From assembly GCA_009842325.1 (NCBI GenBank), contig VYFQ01000024.1, forward strand, positions 137,419 to 201,418: a stretch of DNA of 64,000 bases, written 5' to 3'. The notes under the pieces were generated by a model. It ran no database searches and had not been told where the DNA came from. It saw nothing but the letters and a program-made list of their open reading frames with translations. The position numbers and the translations under genes are program-made. Shown here in pieces: positions 9,986 to 18,661 of this stretch; positions within the stretch are counted from its first letter, which is position 1; every line of letters begins with the position of its first letter. Source of the DNA: Acidimicrobiaceae bacterium (GTDB lineage Bacteria; Actinomycetota; Acidimicrobiia; Acidimicrobiales; Aldehydirespiratoraceae).

Positions 9986-11188
9986 ATGGTTGAAGCCGTC
10001 ATCGTCGCCACCGCCCGCACCCCGATCGGCCGGGCCGTTAAGGGATCGTTAACCGAGGTCCGGCCCGACGACATGTCGGCGTTCATCCTCGGCGACGTGC
10101 TGTCCAAGGTCCCCGGGCTCGATCCCGCGGATGTGGAGGACGTTATTTGGGGCATCGGCCAACCGGGCGGCGAGGGTGGCTACAACATCGCCCGGGTCGC
10201 CTCGATCCTCGCCGGGGTGAATGCTCCCGGCGTGACCGTCAACCGCTACTGCTCGTCGTCGCTTCAGACCATCCGCATGGCCGCCCACGCCATCAAGGCC
10301 GGCGAGGGCGACTGCTTCGTGGCCGGAGGCGTCGAGACCGTGTCGCGCTACGAGTACGGAGCCGCCGACAGCGGACCCCACAACGACGACTTCGCCGAGG
10401 CTCAGGGACGCACCGCCGACCGCACCACCGGAGGCGCAGCGTCGTGGGCTCCCCCGCAGGGCCTGCCCGACATCTACATCGCCATGGGCCAGACCGCCGA
10501 GAACGTGGCCCAGCTCAAGGGAGTGTCCCGCCAGGCCCAGGACGAATGGGGCGTGCTATCCCAGAACCGGGCCGAGGCAGCCCGCAGCCGGGGCTTCTTC
10601 GAGCGCGAGATAACCCCGTTCCCGCTGGATGGCAGCATCGACGTGCGCCAGGACGACGGCATCCGCGAAGGCACGACGCTCGAGGGCGTCTCCCAGCTCA
10701 AGCCGGTGTTCCGACCCGACGGCACCGTCACCGCCGGGAACTGCTGCCCGCTGAACGACGGCGCCGCCGCGGTGGTGGTGATGTCGGACTCCAAGGCGGC
10801 CGCGGTGGGGGCCAAACCGCTGGCCCGGATCGTGGCCACGGGCGTGTCGGCGCTGAACCCCGAGATCATGGGCCTCGGCCCGGTCGACGCTTGCCGCCAG
10901 GCCATGGGCCGGGCCGGCATGACCATCGACGACATCGACCATGTGGAGATCAACGAGGCCTTCGCGGCCCAGGTGCTCCCCTCGGCCGACGACCTGGGCA
11001 TCGACTACGACAAGCTCAACCCCAACGGTGGGTCGATCGCCCTGGGCCACCCCTTCGGCATGACCGGGTCGCGCATCATGTGCACCCTGCTAAACGGCCT
11101 CGAGGACGGTGACAACACCATCGGTCTCGAATCCATGTGCGTAGGCGGCGGCCAAGGCATGGCCATGATCGTCGAACGCCTCAACTGA
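9986..11188 (+). CDS. acetyl-CoA C-acetyltransferase (thiolase)
   Basis: AAGGAG 5 nt upstream of ATG. VIVATARTPIGRA, NRYCSSSLQ (active Cys), NEAFAAQ, GHPFGMTGSR, CVGGGQGMA. Confidence 0.9.
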   Translation: MVEAVIVATARTPIGRAVKGSLTEVRPDDMSAFILGDVLSKVPGLDPADVEDVIWGIGQPGGEGGYNIARVASILAGVNAPGVTVNRYCSSSLQTIRMAAHAIKAGEGDCFVAGGVETVSRYEYGAADSGPHNDDFAEAQGRTADRTTGGAASWAPPQGLPDIYIAMGQTAENVAQLKGVSRQAQDEWGVLSQNRAEAARSRGFFEREITPFPLDGSIDVRQDDGIREGTTLEGVSQLKPVFRPDGTVTAGNCCPLNDGAAAVVVMSDSKAAAVGAKPLARIVATGVSALNPEIMGLGPVDACRQAMGRAGMTIDDIDHVEINEAFAAQVLPSADDLGIDYDKLNPNGGSIALGHPFGMTGSRIMCTLLNGLEDGDNTIGLESMCVGGGQGMAMIVERLN

Positions 11189-11279
11189 CGGCGCATTCGG
11201 GAATCCACACAACTGCCGGGGAACATTCGATAATTGACACGACCGAAGCAACCGGAGCAATTAGCGTCCAGTGCCGACC

Positions 11280-12479
11280 ATGTCGACGCGGCCTCCCCAT
11301 CGCCTCGCCGCCAGCATCCGCGTGTGCGCAGCGCTCCTGTTGCTGGCCGCCTCATGCGCGAGTGACGCCGTCCCCGGCGGAACCGGACCGCACTTCACTG
11401 GGCAGCGCCTAGAGGCCCTAGAGCCGGACGCTGCCTCGACCGGCCTAGAGGCTGCCACTGCACCCCCTTCGTCCACTTCGGCGCCGCCGCTGGCCGAGCC
11501 TGCCGTTCCGGAAGCGCCAGCCGAAGAACCCCTACCCGAAGAGCCACCGCAGACGGAAGAACCCCAACCCGAAGAACCAGAACCAGAGCCCGCCGAACCA
11601 CAGCCCCAACCCGAAGAACCAGAGCCCGCCGAACCACAGCCGCAGCCCGAGAACCCACCAACCGCCTGGGCAGAGTTGCCTAGTGGCGACCAGCTCTTGT
11701 TCGAGACGGGTGACGACATGCCGGATCGCCGTCTGGTGGCTGCATACGGCCATCCGTCGACCGCGGGTCTCGGTGTGTTGGGCGAGCAGGGCCCCGAGGC
11801 TGCGGTGGAGCGCCTCCGATCCATAGCCGCGGGCTACGGGGCGGACGGGTTAGCGGTGCTGCCCACCTTCGAGGTCATTGCCACCGTCGCCTCCGCCTCG
11901 GCCGGCGCCGATGGGGACTACTCGAGCGTGACCGATCACGAAGTGATCAGGCCCTGGATCGAGGTCGCGGCAGCCAACGACGTGTATGTGGTGCTCGATC
12001 TCCAGCCGGGACGTTCGGACTTCCTTTCGCAGGCCAAGCTCTACGAGGAGTTCCTGCGCCTGCCCCACGTCGGGCTCGCACTCGATCCGGAGTGGAGGCT
12101 CAAGCCCCACGAGGTCCACCTGAGGCAGATCGGCACGGTGGACGCGGCGGAGATCAACCAGGTCGTGGACTGGCTCGCCGGCATCGTCAGAGAAGAGGGC
12201 CTCCCTCAGAAGCTGCTGATCGTTCACCAGTTCCGGTTCTCGATGATCACCAACCGCGAACTGATCGAGACACCCCCAGAGCTGGCTGTGATGATCCACA
12301 TGGACGGCCAAGGCTCCCTGTCAGCCAAGTACAACACCTGGAACACGCTGACCGGCGAGGCCGATGCCGACCGCTTCTACTGGGGGTGGAAGAACTTCTA
12401 CGACGAGGACAGCCCGATGGCCACGCCCGAGCAAGTGCTGGCACGGTCACCCAAGATCTTCTACGTGTCCTTCCAGTAG
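11280..12479 (+). CDS. secreted lipoprotein, Pro/Glu-rich linker plus uncharacterised ~280-aa C-terminal domain
   Basis: Signal and lipobox: MSTRPPHRLAASIRVCAALLLLAASC. PE-rich linker. C-terminal domain contains VVLDLQPGRSDFL...ALDPEWRL...GWKNFYDED, which could be a TIM-barrel glycosidase-like fold (guess). Alternative GTG start at 11271. Confidence 0.6.
   Translation: MSTRPPHRLAASIRVCAALLLLAASCASDAVPGGTGPHFTGQRLEALEPDAASTGLEAATAPPSSTSAPPLAEPAVPEAPAEEPLPEEPPQTEEPQPEEPEPEPAEPQPQPEEPEPAEPQPQPENPPTAWAELPSGDQLLFETGDDMPDRRLVAAYGHPSTAGLGVLGEQGPEAAVERLRSIAAGYGADGLAVLPTFEVIATVASASAGADGDYSSVTDHEVIRPWIEVAAANDVYVVLDLQPGRSDFLSQAKLYEEFLRLPHVGLALDPEWRLKPHEVHLRQIGTVDAAEINQVVDWLAGIVREEGLPQKLLIVHQFRFSMITNRELIETPPELAVMIHMDGQGSLSAKYNTWNTLTGEADADRFYWGWKNFYDEDSPMATPEQVLARSPKIFYVSFQ
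11586..11657 (+). repeat. in-frame 36-nt tandem repeat (2 units) encoding EPAEPQPQPEEP-like linker
   Basis: gagcccgccgaaccacagccccaacccgaagaacca followed by gagcccgccgaaccacagccgcagcccgagaaccca. It sits within a broader PE-rich tract at about 11520..11660. Confidence 0.85.
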
Positions 12480-12488
12480 GCAACGCCT

Positions 12489-12932
12489 TCAGCCAATGGC
12501 AGGATTCTCAGCTATCGGTGCCGCCGCCACAAGGCGGTCGTCGGTGGAGATGACCGACGCCCCCAAGCGCTCGGCCAGCTCGACATAGAGAGCGTCGGCC
12601 AGGCTCAACTCATTGCGCCGGTCCCATGCCCCTCCCAGTAGTTGGCCTACGGGATGCCGCTGGATGCGTGCGTTGGCGACCCTTGGCAGCAGTGATGACA
12701 CGGCGGCCGCGGACAGGTGTCCACCCCGGTTGAGACGCCCGAGCGCTGATAGGACCTCGGCGTCGAAGTGCGCCGGGGCATGGAGCTGACCGCTCAGCAG
12801 TCGCACCCGCTTCGCGACCGCCGACTCGGCTCCCAACAGCAGGTCAACCATCGCGGAGGCGTCGAGAACCAACTCCTCGCCGCCCCGGACTGCCGACCCA
12901 CCAGCAGCCCTAACTTCACTCTCAGAGTCCAA
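12489..12932 (-). CDS. vapC: PIN-domain toxin (VapC family)
   Basis: LVLDASAMVDLLLG (first acidic residue), FDAEVLSAL, LADALYVELAERLGASVISTDDRL. Overlaps the antitoxin gene by 11 nt. Confidence 0.8.
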   Translation of the reverse strand: MDSESEVRAAGGSAVRGGEELVLDASAMVDLLLGAESAVAKRVRLLSGQLHAPAHFDAEVLSALGRLNRGGHLSAAAVSSLLPRVANARIQRHPVGQLLGGAWDRRNELSLADALYVELAERLGASVISTDDRLVAAAPIAENPAIG

Positions 12933-13149
12933 ACTCGTCCTTGGCCGCTCGGACTGCCTCTCTGACTACCGCCGGATCAATGCCTGCCGAAGGGAGTGAT
13001 GCCAGGTCATCCAACCATTCATTGACAGCGCGGGCGTCCAGAGCGCGGCGTATCGCGTCCTGCGTCAGGCCCGACACGTTGAGGTCGGCCGCCCGAGCCT
13101 GTTTCGCCAGTTCGTCCGGTAGATAGACATTGACTCGCGCCATGCGCAT
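12922..13149 (-). CDS. vapB: type II antitoxin (VapB-like, ribbon-helix-helix type N-terminus)
   Basis: Last 75 codons of ORF 12922..13425: MRMARVNVYLPDELAKQARAADLNVSGLTQDAIRRAL... Immediately upstream of vapC. The true start may be the second ATG at 13143 (leaderless). Confidence 0.7.
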   Translation of the reverse strand: MRMARVNVYLPDELAKQARAADLNVSGLTQDAIRRALDARAVNEWLDDLASLPSAGIDPAVVREAVRAAKDEFGL

Positions 13150-13155
13150 ATTATA
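13150..13155 (-). promoter_or_regulatory. perfect TATAAT -10 hexamer abutting vapB (candidate leaderless promoter)
   Basis: Minus strand reads ...CTGTGTGTATAAT-ATGCGC-ATGGCG. There are 6 nt between the hexamer and the A of the second ATG. Confidence 0.4.
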
Positions 13156-13168
13156 CACACAGGCCATA

Positions 13169-14206
13169 CTAGCCAGCGATGATCTCAGCGATCCTGCGTA
13201 GTTGATCCACGATGTCGTCCGAGACATCGTTGTATTCGGCTCCAATCTTGAGATGGATAGGCGTGTACAGGTAGCCGTCGTCACGAGACCATCCGTTGCC
13301 GTCATGCAGCTTCTGTTCAAGGTAAGTGTTGGTGGTGACCCAAAGCCACAAGGGCGAATCGCCTCGCTCCGCCCAGTAATCAAGCTCCACGCAGAGGAAG
13401 AATGAGGCCTCCGACGGATCGACAATGAATCGGAAGTACCGCCCGTAACCGGCCCTTTGTGGAGTTGCCCTGAGTCTGTCGACTGACATCCACGCTTCTT
13501 GCACGCCGCGCGTGTCCACTACCTCGTCGATGAGGGTGTTGTACCAGCGGATTCTCCGGGGCAGCGCAGGGCTGAGGTCCTCTCGCCGAATGGGCTGAAA
13601 GGCATCCAGGTCCTGATGCTGGGTGAAACCGCGGAGTTGCCGCAGGTCGGTATGGGTCTGGGAGTCGGAAGGCACTGACGCCGCCAAGTGGTCCAACACC
13701 AGGTCCCAACTGACCAGCATCACCTGCTTGCCGAGGCCGGCTGAGGCTCGGCGAATCCTCTCTCGCGTCTCGACGGGCTCCAAGTGCACCGGTTTCTCAC
13801 CGGTTTGCATCTGTCGCTGGATCTCGACCCACAGGGTCTCGATCCGGGTTGCCGGCGCGATGAACAAGAGGACCGCCGGACCCAGTTCCTCGAGTTGCCA
13901 GAAGTAGCCGCTGGCTTGGCCCTCCAGCAGCGCGGCCCAGAACTTCGACTCGACGACCAGCCGGCCGCAGCCGCGGCTGTCGTAACCGACCATGTCGGGA
14001 CGCGAGCCGTCGTCGTAAGTCACCTGAGTTTCGAGGCGGCTGAGCACGCCGAGGTCGAAGCCGTCGCCGCTCAGCAGGTTGCCAAGCGCTACGCGGCAGG
14101 CCTCAGAACTGTTCAGGATGAACGCCAGCGCGTCGGTTGCAACGTCCTCCTGCTGGATTGTGAGCCGGGGGACCAGGTACGCCAGCAGGGTGGATTCATC
14201 GCTCAT
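13169..14206 (-). CDS. hypothetical protein with N-terminal PD-(D/E)xK nuclease-like motifs
   Basis: 345 aa. QQEDVATDALAFIL ... GSRPDMVGYD ... GRLVVESKFWA gives an E...D...ExK arrangement. The C-terminal 200 aa are unassigned. Lower-GC region (13201..13260 = 29/60 G+C). Confidence 0.55.
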   Translation of the reverse strand: MSDESTLLAYLVPRLTIQQEDVATDALAFILNSSEACRVALGNLLSGDGFDLGVLSRLETQVTYDDGSRPDMVGYDSRGCGRLVVESKFWAALLEGQASGYFWQLEELGPAVLLFIAPATRIETLWVEIQRQMQTGEKPVHLEPVETRERIRRASAGLGKQVMLVSWDLVLDHLAASVPSDSQTHTDLRQLRGFTQHQDLDAFQPIRREDLSPALPRRIRWYNTLIDEVVDTRGVQEAWMSVDRLRATPQRAGYGRYFRFIVDPSEASFFLCVELDYWAERGDSPLWLWVTTNTYLEQKLHDGNGWSRDDGYLYTPIHLKIGAEYNDVSDDIVDQLRRIAEIIAG

Positions 14207-14510
14207 CGAAGCCTCCAGAAGTGGGCGAGATACGGACTGGTGGATTGGCCGGGTAGTCCTCGGGCTTGCCTGTGTCTCCAGGTTGGATCACGAAGTCGCG
14301 GCGATCCCGGTAGAGGCGAGCACGGTTGATGACGTAGTTCACCCGAGGCTCCAACTCTTCCCAGTGGGTCATCAGCCAGTACTTGTGGTCGCCGATGAAC
14401 AGGTAGGTGTTGTCCATCCGGAAGAAGCGGCCGGCCACGCCCTCGCCAGCCTGGAAGCGGTCGCGAATCGCCGCCAGCAGTTCCTGCTGCCCGTCCTTCT
14501 CGCTTAGCAC
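14196..14510 (-). CDS. hypothetical protein; start unresolved, with coding-like sequence continuing upstream to the dps stop codon
   Basis: GTG at 14510 gives 104 aa (VLSEKDGQQELLAAIRDRF...). The 34 sense codons upstream (FLGTSDTAQNLTELIAGAPWREAVAYRKTWPHEY) keep a high GC3 and contain no ATG/GTG/TTG. Overlaps the downstream nuclease-like gene by 11 nt. Confidence 0.5.
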   Translation of the reverse strand: MLSEKDGQQELLAAIRDRFQAGEGVAGRFFRMDNTYLFIGDHKYWLMTHWEELEPRVNYVINRARLYRDRRDFVIQPGDTGKPEDYPANPPVRISPTSGGFDER

Positions 14511-14612
14511 GTACTCGTGCGGCCAGGTCTTGCGGTAGGCAACCGCCTCCCGCCAAGGCGCGCCAGCGATGAGTTCCGTCAGGTTCTGTGCGGTATCAGA
14601 CGTGCCCAGAAA

Positions 14613-15101
14613 CTAGGCCAGGAGGCTGCGGAGCATCCAGGCTGTCTTTTCGTGGACCTGCATTCGCTGGGTTAGGAGGTCGGCGGACGCTTCGTCGCCG
14701 GCCTTCTCGGTGGCAGGGAACACTGACCGGGCGGTGCGGACCACGGCTTCCTGGCCCTGCACCAGCCGGCGGATCATCTCGTTGGCGTCGGGACGGTCGG
14801 ACTCCTCCGACACCGACGACAGCTTGGCGAACTCGGCGTAACTGCCCGGCGCGGGCTCGCCCAGCGCCCGGATCCGCTCGGCTATCTGATCGACGGCCAG
14901 GGCCAGCTCGGTGTACTGCTCCTCGAACATCAGGTGCAGCGTGTTGAACATCGGCCCGACCACGTTCCAGTGGTAGTTGTGTGTCTTCAGGTACAGGGTG
15001 TAGCTGTCGGCCAGCAGCCGCGACAGCCCCTCGGCGATGGCGATGCGGTCGGCCTCGTCGATGCCGATGTCGATGCCGGGCGCCTGGCTAGCCCTGGCCA
15101 C
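14613..15101 (-). CDS. dps: Dps (DNA starvation/stationary-phase protection ferritin-like protein)
   Basis: [38 protein letters not shown]...[11 protein letters not shown]. Confidence 0.9.
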   Translation of the reverse strand: MARASQAPGIDIGIDEADRIAIAEGLSRLLADSYTLYLKTHNYHWNVVGPMFNTLHLMFEEQYTELALAVDQIAERIRALGEPAPGSYAEFAKLSSVSEESDRPDANEMIRRLVQGQEAVVRTARSVFPATEKAGDEASADLLTQRMQVHEKTAWMLRSLLA

Positions 15102-16119
15102 CTGAGGTCTCCTTCACCGACGCCTTGCCGGCTGAGATCCACGGCATCATGGCCCTCAGCTCCTTGCCCACGATCTCGACCGGGTGATCGTGGCCGGCCG
15201 CCTCCAGGCGCAGGAAGTTGGCCCGGCCGCCCCGGCTCTCAGCCACCCACTCCTCGGCGAAGGAGCCGTCCTGCACCTCGGCCAGTATGCGCTGCATCTC
15301 GGCCCGCACGGCGTCGTTCACGATGCGCGGCCCCCTAGTCAGGTCGCCGTACTCGGCGGTGTCCGACACCGAGTAGCGCATCCCCGCGATGCCCTCCTCG
15401 TACATGAGGTCCACGATCAGCTTCAGCTCGTGGAGGCACTCGAAGTAACAGATCTCGGGCTGGTAGCCGGCGTCCACGAGCGTCTCGAACGCGGCCTGCA
15501 CCAGCGCGGTGGTGCCCCCGCACAGCACGGCCTGCTCGCCGAACAGGTCGGTCTCGGTCTCCTCGGTGAAGGTGGTCTCGATCACCCCGGCCCGAGCCCC
15601 GCCGATGGCGTCGGCGTAGGCGAGGGCCAGCGGCAGCGCTGAGCCCGACGCGTCCTGCTCGATGGCCACCAGGCACGGCACCCCGCCGCCCTCGACATAC
15701 GTGCGCCGCACCAGATGGCCGGGGCCCTTGGGGGCCACCATGCACACGTCCACCGAGTCGGGCGGCTCGATTAGCCCGAAGCGGATGTTGAAGCCGTGGG
15801 CGAAGAAGATCGCCTCCCCGGGCTGCAGGTTCGGTTCGACGTGCTCGGTGTAGATGGCGCCCATCTCGGTGTCGGGCATCAGCATCATGATGACGTCGGC
15901 CTCGGCGACGGCCTCGGCGATGGACCGGACCTCGAGGCCCGCCTCCTGGGCCTTGGCCACCGACGACGAGCCCTCGCGCAGACCGACCCGCACGTCGATA
16001 CCCGACTCCTTGAGGTTGAGCGCATGGGAGTGGCCCTGCGAGCCGTAGCCCAGCACGGCCACCTTCCGGCCGGCGATGGCCGACCGGTCGACGTCGGATT
16101 CGTAATAGATGTTGGCCAC
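15088..16119 (-). CDS. ilvC: ketol-acid reductoisomerase
   Basis: [11 protein letters not shown]...[22 protein letters not shown]...; GTG start with GAGAGG upstream. Downstream of ilvB-ilvN. Confidence 0.95.
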   Translation of the reverse strand: MANIYYESDVDRSAIAGRKVAVLGYGSQGHSHALNLKESGIDVRVGLREGSSSVAKAQEAGLEVRSIAEAVAEADVIMMLMPDTEMGAIYTEHVEPNLQPGEAIFFAHGFNIRFGLIEPPDSVDVCMVAPKGPGHLVRRTYVEGGGVPCLVAIEQDASGSALPLALAYADAIGGARAGVIETTFTEETETDLFGEQAVLCGGTTALVQAAFETLVDAGYQPEICYFECLHELKLIVDLMYEEGIAGMRYSVSDTAEYGDLTRGPRIVNDAVRAEMQRILAEVQDGSFAEEWVAESRGGRANFLRLEAAGHDHPVEIVGKELRAMMPWISAGKASVKETSGGQG

Positions 16120-16178
16120 GAGAACCTCTCTTGTCGCGTTTGCGGATGTGATCGTAGGGCAGACCCCGACAGAAGCGA

Positions 16179-16700
16179 TCAGGAGTCCAGCGAGGGCAGG
16201 GCCACCCGGCCGGTGCGCTGGAGCTGCACGATCCCGAAGTCCCGCAGGTGCTCCTCGAACTCGTCGAGTCTGCCGGGGCGCGCCGCCAGCGACAGCATCA
16301 TCTGCGACTGGTTCGCGTCCAGCACGTAGGCCCGGAAGTCGTCGACCAGTTCCAGCAGTTCGTGGCGACGCCCCGCAGCCACGTCCACTGTCACCAGCAT
16401 CAGCTCCCGCTCCACGGACTCGGTCGGGCTCAACTCGCTGATCTCGACCACGTTGATGAGCTTGTCGAGTTGCTTGACCACCTGCTCCAACGACGACGAG
16501 GCCACATCAACGGTGAAGGTGATGCGGCTGAAACGCTCATCGGCAGTGGGGGCCACCGCCAGGGACTCGATGTTGAAGCCCCGGCGAGCGAACAGCCCCG
16601 CCACCCGGGCCAGCACGCCCGGCTTGTTCTCCACCGTGGTGACGATGGTGTGGAACCGGTGGCTGTGATCGGTCGGCGCGGTCGCGCTGGTAGCCGTCAT
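16179..16700 (-). CDS. ilvN: acetolactate synthase small (regulatory) subunit
   Basis: Last 173 codons of ORF 16179..17216: [33 protein letters not shown] (ACT domain). Its ATG overlaps the ilvB stop (ATGA at 16697..16700). Confidence 0.9.
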   Translation of the reverse strand: MTATSATAPTDHSHRFHTIVTTVENKPGVLARVAGLFARRGFNIESLAVAPTADERFSRITFTVDVASSSLEQVVKQLDKLINVVEISELSPTESVERELMLVTVDVAAGRRHELLELVDDFRAYVLDANQSQMMLSLAARPGRLDEFEEHLRDFGIVQLQRTGRVALPSLDS

Positions 16701-18430
16701 CGCTGCGAGGGGTCGACGACGATGTCGGAGTTGGACTGGCCCGCGGGGACCATCGGGTAGACGTTCTCTTCTGCAGCGCTGCGGAACTCCAGGACCACCG
16801 GACGGTCGTCGATCTCGTTGGCCTTGTTGATGGCCGGAGCCACCTCCTCGGGAGCCTCCACCCGCAGGGCCACGCAGCCCATGGCCTCGGCCCACTTCAC
16901 GTAGTCGGGGATCTCGTAGGAGAGGTACACCTCGCTGTAGCGCTCCTCGTAGAACATCTCCTGCCACTGGCGGACCATCCCCAGGTACGCGTTGTTGAAA
17001 AGGGCGACCTTGATGGGGATGCGCTCCATCGAGGCGGTGACCAGCTCCTGGGCCGTCATCTGGAAACAGCCGTCGCCGTCGACGGCCCACACCATCCGGT
17101 CGGGCATCCCGACCTTGGCCCCGATGGCGGCCGGCACCGAGAAGCCCATCGTTCCCAGGCCGCCGGAGTTGATCCAGGTGTAGGGATGGTCGAAGCGCCA
17201 GTACTGGCTGGCCCACATCTGGTGCTGGCCCACACCCGAGGTGACGATGGTGTCGTCGGGGGTCGAGTCGCGCAGCACCTCCAGCACGTACTGGGGCTTG
17301 AGTAGTTCGCCCGGCTCGGACTGCTCATAGACGAGCGGGTGGCGCTCCTGCCATCCGCTGATCTGCGAGCGCCAGGCTCGGCGGTCGGGCTGGGCTTCGA
17401 GGCCGCCGCAGGCCTTCAGAGCCTCGACCAACTCCGCGATCACCAGCTTGCAGTCGCCCCGGATGGCCACATCGGGATTGCGGACCTTGCCGAGTTCGGC
17501 CGCGTCGATGTCGACGTGGATCACCTTGGCGTCGGGCGCGAAGCCGTCGAGGCGTCCCGTGACCCGGTCGTCGAAGCGGGCCCCCAGCGCGATGAGCAGG
17601 TCCGAACTCTGCATGGCGGTGACCGCGGTGTAGTTGCCGTGCATCCCGGGCATGCCCAGGCACAGCTCGTGGCTGTCGGGGAAGCACCCCCGGGCCATGA
17701 GTGTGGTGACCACGGGAACGTCGATCAGCTCGGCCAGAGCGAGCAACTCGGCCGCGGCCCGGGCCTTGAGGATCCCTCCGCCGGCGTAGAGCACGGGCCG
17801 CTCGGCCGCGCAGATCATCTCCGCCGCGGCCCGGATCATCTCGGGATCGCCTGTGGTGGCGGGGCGGTACCCGGGTAGCTCCATGATGTCGTCGGTGGGC
17901 TCGTACCAGGTCATGGCCGAGCGCGGGTTGCGGGGGTCGACGATGTCCTTGGGGATGTCGACCAGGACCGGGCCCGGCCGCCCGGTGGTGGCGATGTGGA
18001 AGGCCTCGTGGATGATGCGGGGGATGTCCTGGGCCTCGGTGACCAGGAAGTTGTGCTTGGTGACCGACAGCGTGATGCCGGTGGTGTCGCACTCCTGGAA
18101 GGCGTCGGTGCCGATGGCGGCGTAGGGCACCTGTCCGGTGATGCACACCAGCGGGATCGAGTCCATGTAGGCGTCGCACAGCGGCGTGACCCCGTTGGTG
18201 GCCCCCGGACCGGAGGTGATCATCGCCACGCCGGGGCGCCCGGTGGCGTGGGCGTAGCCCTCGGCCATGTGCCCCGCGCCCTGCTCGTGGCGCACGAGGA
18301 TGTGGCGGATCGTCGACTCGATGATCGGGTCGTACACGGGCAGGATGGCCCCGCCGGGCAGCCCGAATACCACCTCGACGCCTTCGCATTCGAGGGCCTT
18401 GACGAGGGCTTGTCCGCCGTTCATGTCCAT
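16697..18430 (-). CDS. ilvB: acetolactate synthase large subunit
   Basis: Start taken at MDMNGGQALVKALECEGVEVVFGLPGGAILP (ATG at 18430). ThDP motif: GGLGTMGFSVPAAIGAKVG...DGDGCFQM. Confidence 0.95.
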   Translation of the reverse strand: MDMNGGQALVKALECEGVEVVFGLPGGAILPVYDPIIESTIRHILVRHEQGAGHMAEGYAHATGRPGVAMITSGPGATNGVTPLCDAYMDSIPLVCITGQVPYAAIGTDAFQECDTTGITLSVTKHNFLVTEAQDIPRIIHEAFHIATTGRPGPVLVDIPKDIVDPRNPRSAMTWYEPTDDIMELPGYRPATTGDPEMIRAAAEMICAAERPVLYAGGGILKARAAAELLALAELIDVPVVTTLMARGCFPDSHELCLGMPGMHGNYTAVTAMQSSDLLIALGARFDDRVTGRLDGFAPDAKVIHVDIDAAELGKVRNPDVAIRGDCKLVIAELVEALKACGGLEAQPDRRAWRSQISGWQERHPLVYEQSEPGELLKPQYVLEVLRDSTPDDTIVTSGVGQHQMWASQYWRFDHPYTWINSGGLGTMGFSVPAAIGAKVGMPDRMVWAVDGDGCFQMTAQELVTASMERIPIKVALFNNAYLGMVRQWQEMFYEERYSEVYLSYEIPDYVKWAEAMGCVALRVEAPEEVAPAINKANEIDDRPVVLEFRSAAEENVYPMVPAGQSNSDIVVDPSQR

Positions 18431-18488
18431 GGTGGGCCTCCGGGGCCGTGCTCGGGGTGTGGTCGGTGTTGCGGGCCGTACGCGAAAC

Positions 18489-18507
18489 GACCTCCCTGGG
18501 GGAGGTC
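18489..18507 (-). terminator. candidate attenuator hairpin in the ilvB leader
   Basis: Minus strand reads GACCUCCC-CCA-GGGAGGUC (8-bp perfect stem) followed by GUUUCGCG, 58 nt upstream of the ilvB ATG. Confidence 0.4.
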
Positions 18508-18542
18508 TGCGCACGGTCGGATGGGTTTGCGAGCGCGCGCTG

Positions 18543-18581
18543 TCAGGCCAGTACTTCCACGAGCAGGACAGCGTCGTTCAC
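18543..18581 (-). CDS. candidate ilvB leader peptide (12 aa, Val/Leu-rich)
   Basis: GTG AAC GAC GCT GTC CTG CTC GTG GAA GTA CTG GCC TGA = (M)NDAVLLVEVLA. 6 of 12 residues are Val or Leu. It ends 36 nt before the hairpin. Confidence 0.3.
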   Translation of the reverse strand: MNDAVLLVEVLA

Positions 18582-18661
18582 GGCGCCAAGTATGGCCGCT
18601 GAATCGACATGAGGCAACCGCGACGGGTCACCCGCCTGCTCGGCCTCTTAGCCTCGCGCCG

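Noticed and set aside
11234-11267. TTGACA at 11234..11239 as a -35 element for the lipoprotein gene.
   Set aside because: There is no acceptable -10 at 16-19 nt. GCAATT at 17 nt is poor, and TAGCGT is 22 nt away.
18540-18661. Possible guanidine (mini-ykkC or ykkC) riboswitch upstream of the MATE efflux gene.
   Set aside because: An ACGG is present (gcgACGGgtc), but it is not closed by complementary stems and there is no tandem hairpin pair.
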